Assembly: GCA_001643675.2 (NCBI GenBank)
Contig: LSRY02000043.1
Span: 248,001 to 312,000 of the forward strand
Direction: 5' to 3'
Source: Monocercomonoides exilis PA203
Taxonomy: Eukaryota; Protista; Preaxostyla
DNA: 64,000 bases
Position numbers and translations under genes: made by a program
Notes under the pieces: generated by a model
Told to the model about the DNA's origin: nothing
The model's database searches: none
Seen by the model: only the letters and a program-made list of their open reading frames with translations
Shown here: positions 39,530 to 51,878 of the stretch, one piece after another
Numbering within the stretch: position 1 is the stretch's first letter
Layout of the letters: each line of letters begins with the position of its first letter

Positions 39530-42117
39530 TTATGGGGCTGTTTTCTTTTCTGCCCCAAACAGCCGAAAACGCGCTGTCTGCTCCGTGCAGCTGTTCCACC
39601 CTGGCTTGAACACAGGCTCAAATGGTACATCAGGCTTCGGCTTTGGTACTCCTTTGAACGTCACAGGCGAGGCATACATTCTGTGCGCCCTTGTCTGTTT
39701 TGCCAATGCATCGCTCCTCCAATGTGCCCCCTCCTCGCCGAAGCAGGGCAACGGTCCATACGATTCTGTACAGCTGCCGGATAGCCAGGCTGAAGAAGAA
39801 GTCTGTTGCCAGGAAGCATTCTCTGCCAGGCGTTGCTGGTCGTGAGATGGAGGATAAAGCCTGTCTTCACATTTCGCTGGAAGCATGGAACACGCACTGC
39901 TCAACTCTCCAGTCGTCATCTGTAGCCCCACTGTTGAATGAGCCGAGGATGAAACATCACTTTCAAATGCTGATGCCACTGTGCCTGCATGCCAAACATC
40001 GTCGTCCCATTTCGGCAAAGCAGATGGTGGAGGCGAACAAGGTGGCGATGGGATATCTGCCTCGTCAATCTCCTTCTCTTGCTCCTTCTCTTGCTCTTTT
40101 CCCTTCCAACTGCCTGTCTGTTCGATGCTCGCACCAAACTGGCCCAATGCATCCGAAGCCAAGGCAACATTACCCCAGTTGTTTGGTTCAGCAGATGCTT
40201 CACACATCGGCTGATACTCCTCGTCATTCTCTGCAGGCAATTCTTTGGTTCTGTTCTGCTGCTTTCCCAAAAATGAATCAATCCCTCCAACCAGCAGATC
40301 TGCAGGAAACTGGCCCAACTGTGCATGCATGCTGTTCTGTTGCAAGGAAGGTGACAAAGAATACAAAGGAGACTCGTTGATCAGGGACGGAGCAGGCGCA
40401 AATGCAAAAGCAGGAGGCGAAGGATCAGCCAGTGCTGCTGAATGCAAAGAAGGCGAAAATGAAACAGGAGATGATAGCACAGACTCCTCTTCCTCCCTTG
40501 CGTCTGCTCCTCCTGCCAGTCTCCTCCTTCCTGTGATGCCCCACCGCCTGTCCTTGTGCCGCTCCTTTTCGAGCTCGTACCGCTGCAGATAGCCCATCTC
40601 CAGCAATTGCTCCTTTTCCACACGCTTCTGCTCCCGATGAGCTAAGAATTCTGCCCATTCTGTTGGTTCTTCAGCCATCCGTGCCATCTGCCCCAGCTCC
40701 TCGTCTGTTGCCTTCTCCGCTTCATCCACTTGCACAAGCCTCTCTTGCACCCTTCTTTCATTTTCTGCCGCTGCCTCCTTTGCTTCCCGCCACATCTCCA
40801 TCTCCTCCTCACTCGTCGCCCACTCTTTCTCCACCCATATCCTGCTGTTCTTCCACAGCCGCTTCGCCTCTTTGATCTGCGAGCGGATAAGCTTCATCCG
40901 CTTCTTCTTCAGCTTCTTCTCCTTTTTCACCAATTCCTGCATTCCTTTCGCTCCGTTCCTCTTTTCTTCCTCCTCATCCTGCTTTTCGCTCCAATCTGTT
41001 TCTGAATGGTCATCACTTGTCCTCCCCACCTCACTTTCATTTGCCTCATCGTTCATCCCTCTTTCATCCTTTTCTCTTCTCTTTCCTCTCTTTTGTGCTC
41101 TTTCTCTTCCATCTCCTCCTTTTTCAACCTTCTCCATTTCAGCCAGCAGCTCGTGCATTTTCTGCTCGATCGCCTCGTCATCATGCTTCCACCGCCCCAG
41201 CAGCTCCATCTTAATCACCGCCAGTTCTGTCGATTCCCTTGGCACTGCTGTGTGGTTGATTTCTTTTATTGTTTCTGTTTCGATCTCTTCTCCTTCATCC
41301 AAATGCGTCGTTGCTTCGGAATTTGTGGAGATCGCCTCTTCTTTTGGAATTGGACTCAGAAACTTGGTTCTGGTAGTTTCTTCAGCAGGAATCTCATTTC
41401 TCTCTCTCGTTTCATTGCTTGTTCCGATTCCTGAAAAAGCGCTTTTGTCCTTCTTTCCACAAGAGCCAGACAACTTTTCGTCTTCTGCCCTTGTTTTCCA
41501 GCCTGTACGTGCTCCGCCAATTTGTTCCAGAAGCCGGCTTGTTGCTGAGCCTGGAAAGCTGGAAGCATATTCCTTCTTTGAGCATTCGCTGAACCAGATA
41601 GGTGATTTTTCCATGTCTTCATCGCCTTTGCAGTCACTCTGTGCATGAGCCACACTGAAAATGCGTGCAGTGAGATGATTTCTTTGGAAAAAGGAAAATA
41701 GAATGGAACACTCGAAACATTTCTGCCAAACGGAGGCCGCTCGCTCGAACTGGAAGATGAACCAGAATAACCCTCACTGCTCCCCGTGTAGCTCTGCAAC
41801 TGCGTCTGAAAAGGTATTGAAGAATGGTGCTTTGACGCATGGCCCGAATATTTCCCTGTTGGAAAATACTGCTCGGCATCCGCCTTGCTGCTGACCATGA
41901 ATGCTGTTCTCGCTCCACATGACCCAGAACTTGTATTGAAGCATCGGGGAGATGGCACTGTGCGACGTTCCTCCTGGTAGCCAACAGCAAAATAATTATA
42001 TTCAAGATTCACAGCCAAGCGAATCACAAAATTCAAAATGTCAAGAAAATGCACTAACCCAGAAAAAACAAAAATAAATACCTTTGTGTGCAGATTGTTG
42101 TCGCTGTTTCCGTCCAT
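39530..42117 (-). CDS. Hypothetical protein, probably spliced; main exon ~41653-39530
   Basis: 707-aa ORF containing IRSQIKEAKRLWKNSRIWVEKEWATSEEEMEMWREA. An upstream ATG at 42117 is followed by a GTATTT donor and coding-like sequence. Exon boundaries are uncertain. Confidence 0.6.
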
Positions 42118-42199
42118 GAAGCAAATTATCCAGATTTTTTTATTTTTTCATTAAAAGAATTTTGTTTATGCATTCTGATCTACAAAATCATCAGTTCAT

Positions 42200-43400
42200 C
42201 AGCGAAAGAATCCATCTCCACATCGAAATTCAGTGGTTAGCAATCCCGTTCTTTGAACGCATCCACATTGAAAAATGCTGAAGAAATTGTTGATATCTGA
42301 TGATTCGAAGTGTGCAATCTTTTCCAATAATGAATGAATCTCAACAGAGCAATCAGCAAAGCTCACACAGAAGAGACGAAGGCAACATAAATATGAATTA
42401 ATTGTTGTTGTATTTTTGCAAAGGGAATGAGAAAAATGAAGTTGAATTCTATCCAAAAGAATGTGAAATGTTTTTTCCCAATAAAGAGACAAGAGACAAA
42501 AAAGACAAAGAAATTGAAACGCAAATGCTATTTGTGAATTTGACTGTACATACAGCCCTGTTGGCCTTTAAGATTTTCAGAAGCAGATGTGTTGCAGTTG
42601 TTGATGGGTATTCATAAAGGTATTTGCACAGAACAACAACGTCAATTTCTTGGAAAATGGAAGTTTCTCTTCTCCTGAGCTTTGGGTTGTTGAGCATCCC
42701 AGACTCGATATTTTGTTCTGAAAAAAAAGGCAACTCATGAAAAGTGCTGTAGATCCTTGTATTTCTGCATTATTGATCCTTTTGCATTCTTGCTTTTCAG
42801 ATTTCCTTATTTGTGTTTTTGAGAGCGTTCTTCGTCATGGAGCATGCAATGCCGAAGAAGAGCAGAGCTGCAATTTTTCCAATAAAACTCGAAAAATTTT
42901 CGCAAAAGAGGGAAAGGCTGTTATATGCACAGAGGAAAGTGCTTATGGCAACTGTGTTGCATGTCATTCGACAAATGTGCTTGAAAGAAGGATTGCTTGT
43001 GGGATCAGATATTCCACCTTGTTTTCATGTTTTAATTCGATATTTGCAAAAAAAGCATCAGGCAAGACACCCATTGGCCAACACTGAATGGATTGAACCA
43101 AATGAGTCAACGAGAAACTTGGAAGAGCATGCTTCTCAGAGGTTGTTGAGCTTGTGGAGAGATGTGAGAATGTGAGCTTGCTGAAGATTGAACGAGTTTC
43201 GATTATGTTGGCAACTGCCAGGAATTGAGGAAACATAGAAGAATTGGAGTTGTGTGCACATTGCGAATGGGTGTTGGCTGGCTGCTTGGATTGTGTTGGC
43301 TGAGCACCCTGTGATATGCAAAGATGAGTTTTCTTATTTGCCAATAGTTTCAATTCATTTGAAAGAGCATTTTAATTTGATTGATGTGTTCCGTTTTGAA
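42200..43400. pseudogene. Coding-like but frame-broken segment, possible gene or transposon relic
   Basis: GC content is higher than true intergenic DNA, but there are only short overlapping ORFs and no coherent splice model. Confidence 0.25.
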
Positions 43401-44459
43401 ATGTCACTAATTTGAGTTTTTATTGCAATTGATTTGAAAGCGAATTTTTCATTGAAACAACCAGCTGATGAATCAACTTCTTTTATTTGAATTGTAATCA
43501 TCAATTACTGAAGATTGAACGAGTCTTTTTCCTGTAAGTTGATATTCATCATTTGAAAGAACAGCACCGATTATTGATTTCAAGCGTTAGGTCTGTGGAT
43601 CTTTTTGCAGGATATCCTTTGTCAACGTTGATGATTTTTCGAAAGTTCTAAAGGCCTGAAAGAATATCGTTTATTCTCACAACAATAATTATGTTATTAT
43701 CGTTTAACAAAAGTGTGGAGGAGCATTCTAATAGATTTTATCGGAGATATATGGTAATTTCCGAATAAAATTGTTCTGTTCATGATTATTTGAAGGTTTA
43801 TTTCTTTGAAGAAATTACATGTTGCAAAGAACTTACTAAAATGAAAGGTTGATTGAATACCGTTTATCAGTTAATTTCAATGAGATTAAAATTGTTCATA
43901 ATCGAACTAAGTGATGATAAAGCAAACCATCTGGAATATTTCAGGAAGCAAAAGCAATATTTTGAATATTATTGACTCTAATTATTGATTTAAAAAATTG
44001 CATGCAAAACATGTTTGTAAAGTTTTTCTGGTTAAATTTTCATGAAAATTCAAAACAAACAGTAAATAAAAACGTACACATATAATGAATAGCATAAAGC
44101 GAAAATTGAAAGAAAAGAAAGAAAGAAAGAAATGTTGGTTATTTCTCATAAGAATAGCTTGCGTTTCGAAAGAGTCTTTAAATCATAACGATTTTCACTC
44201 ATTTCAAAAACAGAAATGCCAGGCAATCTCTCTCTCTCTCTTTAGCCATTTCAAAAAATGATAAATTACAAAAAAAATATCAAAATGGAAACATATCAGC
44301 CTAATTGAAGGATTTACAATTAAAAAGAAGTTTATTCCAAATAAAATAATTCAGTAAGTCAATGCAAACAATGTGGGATTGAAACATTTTCTTTGAAGAA
44401 TTCTCATTTTTATTTTCATCTTGGATATATTGCAGAATCATTTAATATCTTTCTTTCAA

Positions 44460-46418
44460 CTACATTTCTTCTTCGCATTCTTCTTCTTCATTATCATCTT
44501 CGCATTCTTCACCTCTTTCGTCATCTCTCCAATTATTTGAAAACGAATATTTACATTTCACGTACTCATTTGAGGACATGCCACCTGCACTTATGCATTC
44601 TATAAGCTGCTCATAACTCTCATTGTTTGGGCTCTTCGTCCACATTTCTTCTTCTTCTTCTTCTTCTTCTTCCTTTTCTTCTTCTTCTTCCTTTTCTTCT
44701 TTGACAAGTTGTTCTGCTTTCGTTTTTTCTGGATCTTTGTTTTCATACATCGCACAAACCATGCATATTCTTGGATCACATTTTGCTTCTAACCTTCGTT
44801 TAATATGTTCTTCATTTTTGGCTATCCATTTTCGTTCTGAAACATATGGCGCCATTTGTGCGTGCAAAACGTCCAACACTCCTTCTTCTTCGCAAACTTC
44901 TCTCAACATAGCTGTCAATTCCTTGCGCAAAGGCTGAGGAAGACGTTTATTTCCAATCATATTGTTACTCGGGCCTTTCCTGCAAAGCGATTGTATCTGT
45001 GCAACAGAGGACAATGAAGCCCATCCGCCTATCAGCGCATCTGCAGCCTCCAACTTTAACTTGTCATTTGTTGCATCGCACAGCAGCGAAGCTATTCTGC
45101 ACATCACATCTCTTTTCATGAGTCGTGTAATTGACTCGTAAGCTTGGCTTCCAAGCCAATCACCGACGCATTTAACTGCACACAATTGAAATGTTGTTAT
45201 CATTGCTTGAATGCTTTCCTCTTCGCAAAATAGTCCGTCTGCCATTTGCTGGAAGTTCACTTCACCAGAAGAGTAAATATCATCCCAACTTTCATCAAAA
45301 AACTTGCTTCCCGGGAAAATCGCCTTCCAATCATCTTCTGTCCAATTTCCAAGCAAATACCCAAGCACTTTCTCAATAACATTATCCAGTTTCCTGAACA
45401 AATAATCAAATGCCTTTCTGTGATAGGAAGCTAGACTCTGCAAACACTCAAATGCTTTTATTGCAATTGAGCAAACCGGGCCGTGCAAGTACACAGGAGG
45501 AGTCCAACAAGAAGAATTGCCATTGGACAACTCAGGAAATGTTTGTGAAGAATCATTCGGATTTGGAACTGGAATAAATGAATCAATTGTTAAAGACTGT
45601 TATAATTTGAACCATCGCTCAGGTCCAATATAATTTTAAGTGTAGACAATTCTTTCACTATCTCCAGTGCTTCCATAATCACTGAAGGAATGCTGTTGGA
45701 TAGAAGACCATATAACCATTCACCAATTTTTGCTGGCTCATATTCCCCAATGTATGGCGTTGCTCCTGGGTATAATTTTTAAATATTTGATTAACATGAA
45801 GGAGGCAATAGAATATCATACCGTAATCAATTGTCACTGCTCGTAAATATGCAAGGGTTAACAAACAAATATCTTCATCTTTGCATTTTCCCAACTCAGC
45901 CAGCTCATCTTCAATTATATCGTACATGGATTCTGTGTGAAAAAATGGAATGGACATAGCAAGATGCTGCGCCGGTTTCGAAAGACGAGCAATGTCCTTG
46001 GAAAAATCATTTTCTGTTAAATCGCCATCGAAACAAACAATTCGGATTGAATATCCAAGAACTCGAGCGGCTAAAAGTTCAATTGGCTTATCCAGGTTTC
46101 CGCACACTTCTTTCAATTTTTTCTTAAAACTTATGAACGTTTTGTAATCGTAATGATTTGAGCTATGTGGATCAATAATTTTTAGTAAATGGTAAAGCCT
46201 TTTCATCAGTTTCTCAAGCTTCATCCCTTCCGCCAATATTATTTCTTTGTAAGAAAGAAATATATCAAAAAGAAAAATAGTTTGGCGAGATATTAAACAC
46301 AGCAATAATATAAACCTTCCAACAAAACTTTGAGCTCGTTTTTCGAATTTTTCCAAACTCTTTCTTCGATGCGTTCTTTTTCTGCTTCTTTAGTGTTAGC
46401 TGCATTCATCATAATCAT
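44460..46418 (-). CDS. Hypothetical helical-repeat (ARM/HEAT-like) protein with an acidic tail, about 4 exons
   Basis: ATG 46418 exon MIMMNAANTKEAEKERIEERVWK.., joined through three phase-1 introns to the 46356-45679 and 45530-44460 ORFs. Amphipathic helices and a CEEEGVLDVL segment. Confidence 0.65.
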
Positions 46419-47051
46419 CGTTGTCTTTTCTTAGTCTTCCTTCAGTTGCGATCGAAAAATTGTTGAGTTTTTGAGAAAAACAAAATTCATTATGGGTATG
46501 TTCTTTCGAATTATAATAGAATTTGATCATTTTTCTTTAAATGTTTTTATTGTTGAACTTTATTTCTGTTGATTTGACAAAATTAATCCTGGGTGGTGTA
46601 TTGGAAATTTTGTTTTTCTTCAGTTAGTTACATAAATATTTAATAATTATTTTTTCCACGAAATTGTTATTAATCGAAATTTTCTTTTGAGCAATCAAAA
46701 TTTCTTAATAAATGAAAATTTGCTTTTGAGAAGATGCGACAAATGAAATCATTCATTTGATAGAAAAACTTAATTTTTTGGATTTTTTTTATCATTCAAA
46801 AAATTATGTTTTGGAGTGGTTAATGGCATGTTCTTCATCATGCAGATTTTCTAATCATTATTTTATATGAATGTTGTAAATATAATTTACATTAATGTTT
46901 AAAAATTTTTGATAAAATCCTAATTTTCATCAATTGTTTTTTTCTTTTTCCAGAAATAACAAGAAAAAGTGATTAATGGTGAAAAATTGTTATAAAGTGA
47001 GTTAAATCTTAATTTTGAAATTTTTTTCAATCCTTTTTTGAACCTGAAATA

Positions 47052-47448
47052 TTGATATCGCATAAAATACCGGACATCGCACAAAATACCGGACAAGATC
47101 GATTTCCCAATAACCGCAAGAGGAATGATTCTGACAATTTTCCTCAAAATATATCTCATCAATACAAATTCATTTGGCATATCAAACTTCCATTTTCATG
47201 AAGACTGAATATAGAAAAAATAATTATTTGAAATTTCGGAGAAATAGGATTTTGAGTTTCTCCGAGATTTCGATATTTATTTTTTCTGAGCACAAACGAT
47301 GAAGTTTTGTGAGTCTTGTATATCACATGAATTTGTATTGATGAGATATATTTTGAGGAAAATTGTCAGAATCATTCCTCTTGCAGTTATTGGGAAATCG
47401 ATCTTGTCCGGTATTTTGTGCGATGTAAGGTATTTTGTGCGATATCTG
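47052..47448. mobile_element. Foldback MITE family A, copy 2 (intact, 397 bp), TA-flanked
   Basis: TA|TTGATATCGCATAAAATACCGGACATCGCACAAAATACCGGACAAGATCG ... CGATCTTGTCCGGTATTTTGTGCGATG..GCGATATCTG|TA. About 120 bp of near-perfect arms. Confidence 0.88.
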
Positions 47449-47482
47449 TAATAATAAAATAGACTTCAAAAAAATGAAAATA

Positions 47483-47742
47483 CAGGTGATTCTTTTTGAC
47501 TTCATATTTTTTTTTATTCTAAAATTTCGGTTCTAAATATCCCTTGAGTTTCAACAAAAGAATGCTGAAAAAAAAGAAGGCTTTTTGAAGACAACATTAT
47601 CTTTATTTGAGCAAAAATATTTGTTTTTAATGAAGTTGTGATAAATAAACAAATAAAAAACAAAATCTCCTTATTAAGACAAACAACATTTGAAAATTAT
47701 GCATACCCCGAAAAAATAAATTATTTCAAAAATTGTCACCCA
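47483..47742. mobile_element. Possible degenerate ~260-bp TA-flanked TIR element (C-like ends)
   Basis: TA|CAGGTGATTCTTTTTGA ... TCAAAAATTGTCACCCA|TA; the match is weak. Confidence 0.35.
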
Positions 47743-47750
47743 TATATTCA

Positions 47751-48426
47751 TTGTTTTTGTTAACAACAGTGGGCACTTTCAATAACTGTGGACAGTCAAA
47801 CTATCTCAACAACCGTTGATAGGAAGATCTTGGCGATAAACTCAATTGCATTCTCAATGAATATGAACTGATATGAATTGTTTTTGTCACCCATCCAACA
47901 CAATATAATTTTTTTAATTGTTTTTTCTTTTCGGAGAAACTCGGAGAATCTTATTTCTTCGAGTTTCACAAATATTTTGAAACGTTTCGTTTTTCATTCT
48001 TAGGAGCAAGTTGTTTCATTTCTGCATATGGGGCAAAAAATTTCGCTTCAGGCATTTTCATTAAAAATTATGCACATTTCATTGACTTTTTTCGATCAAA
48101 AAACACAATAAAAATGGGTTTATTATTTTGAAATACATGAAAGGTCACAAAACGTTTTGTTGTAATATAAACAAAATCTGTTTAATTATTTGAAAATCAA
48201 ATTTATTTTGAAATCTGATAAAGTTTTGTAAAGTTATGAGTGAAGTTATTTTTCTATGCCTTGTGCAAAAAAAGCAAGAAAGTCCGTATTTTCACCCATA
48301 TCTTGTCAGTTAGCGTTTATTTGGGAAATAATTGTTTTTATTGTCAAAATGCAACTATCAACGGTTGTTGAGATAATATCACTGTCCACAGACATTGAAA
48401 GTGTTCACCGTTATTAACAATACCAA
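47751..48426. mobile_element. Old foldback element E (~404 bp without its insert), interrupted by element D copy 2
   Basis: Inverted arms TTGTTAACAACAGTGGGCACTTTCAAT..TGTGGACAGT..TATCTCAACAACCGTTGATAG versus CTATCAACGGTTGTTGAGATA..ACTGTCCACA..ATTGAAAGTG..TTAACAA. Confidence 0.75.
48029..48298. mobile_element. Element family D, copy 2 (270 bp), TA-flanked, nested in E
   Basis: TA|TGGGGCAAAA ... TTTTCACCCA|TA; homologous to 18939-19207. Confidence 0.78.
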
Positions 48427-48742
48427 TATTGACAAAAGAATTTTTCACAAAGACAGAACATGAAATAAAACATTATTATTCTCTTAACATCTGAAATGAA
48501 TCGATGAAAATGAAAAACAGTCTTTGAAACTAGTAATTCAGTTTAAAAGAGATAAAAACATTCATCTTTTTTTCAAATCAAAATTCAATTAGTTATTTTT
48601 TTAAAAAGTCGCATATGTTTGATAATCAGATCCGTTGGATTTTTTATTATGAAAACTTAGAATTGAACTGTTGATACTGACCAAAATGCTTATTATTAAT
48701 GATTGGTTGTTTGTAATATTTTAATTTTATTATTTGGTGATA

Positions 48743-49192
48743 CAGTCTAAACCGGATATGATCACGTTGAATATAATCACATTCGTTTATTGTCACATTT
48801 TTCCATGCACCGACATTTTTGGCCTATTTTTCATTCATTTTCCATCGCATATAATCACAGGGCTAAATATATATAATCACATTTTATATTATTATGGGTA
48901 ATTTTTTCATTCAAAACTCGATTTTTTGATCAAAATTTCCAATTTTTTGATTTTTCAAAATTATGTTAAAATAAGTCTAAATAACATAATAAAATCCAAA
49001 AAATTGTTGTTTCTATTGAAAAATGCGTTTTAATGAAGAATCTTTAAAAATAAAAAATTTGACCCAAATATAACAAATGTATTAGTTTATTTTTTATTTT
49101 TTCTGTGTTAAGCAGCATCGTATATTATCACAATCGGATATAGTCACAAAAAGTTGTGCAAAAACCGATGTGATTATATCCGGTTTCGACTG
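48743..49192. mobile_element. 450-bp pogo/Tigger-like MITE (element H) with a TA target-site duplication
   Basis: TA|CAGTCTAAACCGGATATGATCAC ... GTGATTATATCCGGTTTCGACTG|TA (21/23 match), with internal repeats of ATATAATCAC. Confidence 0.88.
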
Positions 49193-49422
49193 TATTTTAT
49201 TAATTGATTGCAAAAATTCATCTAAAATTTTCAAATTTCAATGAACCTGAAATTATCCACATGTAACTATTTAAAAAGATGTGCCCATGAAAGCAATTTG
49301 TTTAGATATGAAAATCTTTTTATCAAAAACTATGGATATTTTTTTGAAACAATAATTGTTCATAAACATTGAGAAATGGAAACACAATTTAAGATTATCC
49401 TAATTTTTTTTTCATATAAACA

Positions 49423-50321
49423 TATACCTCTGTGACATGACAAGAGAAAATTAAAACGATGACAAAATGACTGACAAGATATTTCTGATTTGTCAAAAAT
49501 GGTTGTTTGATACGATTTCATAATCCTTTTTAACAATAATAATTTATTTGAAAATCGATATACAACAATTCTTATTATTTTGAAATAATAAAAATTAAAA
49601 TAAATATGATCAAGTTCCCAATATTTATTTTTTTAGACAGGAAATGTCAGTTGAGGAATATTTTTGTCACAATTTGTCATTGACAGTCACTGACAAATGA
49701 GAAAAAGATAGATATTTCAAATTCTATCAACAAAACTTATCCATAGATTTCTATTCAATTTTTTAAAGTTAAAGCAACAGTTTATATTATAGTCACTTTC
49801 CTAATAGGCGGACACTTTCTTAATGGCCGGACAGTAGCCTTTTATCAGCAGCTAATGATTGTTGAATTAAGATCTTTTCCCACATCGCTTGTCAGGTGAA
49901 TATGAGTCCATGCAGTTTGCCAAGAATGAAGAATTCTTGTGCATTCATTTTTTCAAAAATTTATTTTGTTTTTCAGAGAATTTCGAAAAAAATAATTACT
50001 CCGCGTTTCTCCGAAAAACAAAATAAATTTTTGAAAAAATGAATGCACAAGAATTCTTCATTCTTGGCAAACTGCATGGACTCATATTCACCTGACAAGC
50101 GATGTGGGAAAAGATCTTAATTCAACAATCATTAGCTGCTGATAAAAGGCTACTGTCCGGCCATTAAGAAAGTGTCCGCCTATTAGGAAAGTGACTATAT
50201 ATTTATTTTAAATAAGAAACTATTATTTTTATTTTTTATTTTATTTTATTTTATTTTATTATTTTTTTTTTTTTTTGTGACAAACAAGGGTTAAAGTTAT
50301 TTGTCAGGTCACAGAGGTATA
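49423..50321. mobile_element. Non-autonomous TIR element G with an 8-bp (or 10-bp) target-site duplication, hAT-like; contains element F
   Basis: TIR TATACCTCTGTGAC(A/C)TGACAA (20/21). Direct repeat TATAAACA at 49415-49422 and 50322-50329. Many subterminal TGACA/TGTCA motifs. Confidence 0.75.
49790..50197. mobile_element. 408-bp foldback element F with 185-bp perfect inverted arms, TA-flanked
   Basis: 49790-49974 is the reverse complement of 50013-50197 with no mismatch seen; 38-bp spacer; TA on both sides. Confidence 0.92.
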
Positions 50322-50905
50322 TATAAACATATGGTGATTGTTTTTATTCTGATGAATATTTTACCCAGATGATAATTATTTCGAAAATGACAAAAAACCA
50401 ATAAAAGGCCACCACACAAAATAATATCATGATATTAAAAATTATCACACACATGTTCATTTTCTTCTTGCTTGTTTTTAAAAGATTTGAGCTTCCCGTT
50501 CTTTTTCCATTTACCAAGTTAAACCTGTGTGATACACTGAATTTTGACAGAAAAATTTTGTTACTGTCATACGTGATAATACATTTCTTCTGTTGAAAAA
50601 ATTATAAATCAAAATAACAAACAAAAATCTATAATTATCTTTGTATAATTTTTTAAAATACAAATAGTGATATTAAAGAATTATTGCAGCCTTTTTTCAA
50701 GTTTGTTTTTATTTCAGTAAGATAAGCAGTTTTTTTCTGAAATGAGAATTCACTCAGGGATTCTGATGTTTCAGTGAAGAAGGTCGCTTCTTTGAAGCCA
50801 ATTCTAATCAATGAATAATTTGAATTTAATGATGAAATTGAAAATTGTAATAAATTCAATGTGACAAACGAAATAAAGTTGTGACTTCTTTTTTTATGTT
50901 TTTCC

Positions 50906-51030
50906 AAAAAAAAAAATAAATAAATAAATAAAAATAAAAATAAAAATAAAAATAAAAATAAAAAAATAAAAAAATAAAAAAATAAAAAAATAAAAAAATA
51001 AAAAAAATAAAAAAAAAAAATAAAAAAAAA
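50906..51030 (+). repeat. A-rich simple repeat (AAAAAT)n / (AAAAAAAT)n
   Basis: Visible directly in the sequence. Confidence 0.85.
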
Positions 51031-51331
51031 CGAAGGAATTCATTTCTGATGGACGTTTGAGCAAAATCTTCATCACGTCACATATATATGTTTGTTAAGT
51101 TTGAAACAAATTGTGGTTTATACTTCGTATTATTAAATATTTGCCTCAAATAAACAAAATTCTTTCGTTAAAAAAACAAAAAATTGTTCCAAACTATTTC
51201 TGTCAACGAATAATTGCAATTCTGATTTCTCGTGCAAAATATAATATGAAAAACTAAAAAAGTTGAGAAAAATAATTGAAAGAATTGTGCTGAACAAAAT
51301 ATATATGCTAAAAATTTATTCTTAATTTCTC

Positions 51332-51845
51332 TTGACGACCATAATAAATTATTTAATTTTCATAAGTTGTTTTTTGTTTTTATTGGACCAAGTTCAGCTT
51401 TCAGAGCAATATTCAAAAGTACTTGATTTACTTCTTGTAGATCAGTGCGGCAAAATATCTAAATTTTGCATTTATGACGCAATTGAAGAGATTGGAAAAC
51501 GAATAGATATTCCTGCTTACCAATTTCCTCAACCTCCGCTTTATTCCTCCGAAGTTGATATCATCGAATACATTCAAAATGTGGATGAATACTTACAATG
51601 CCTGCAATACAATCATCTTCGTATAACTTTTTTCCCAACAGATAAATACGTTTCGATGCAAAAAATATTCGAAACTGCTGAAAAGATTATAGCCGCTGCT
51701 CTTCCAATTCAGTGTCTCGAAGCCACATTTGTGTCAATTTACCTCACATTTTCTATTCCAGATCTTGTAATTTTCCCGGTGGGATTTACTTCAAAAAGTG
51801 CAAATAAGCTTCATAAGTTTGATTTTCTTTTCTTTTTTCTTTCTT

Positions 51846-51878
<33 letters not shown>

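Noticed and set aside
42402-42617. VAVVDGYS as a DDE_1 transposase relic
   Set aside because: Only a short resemblance to LLxDGHxSH, with no other motifs or TIRs found; a translated HMM search would be needed.
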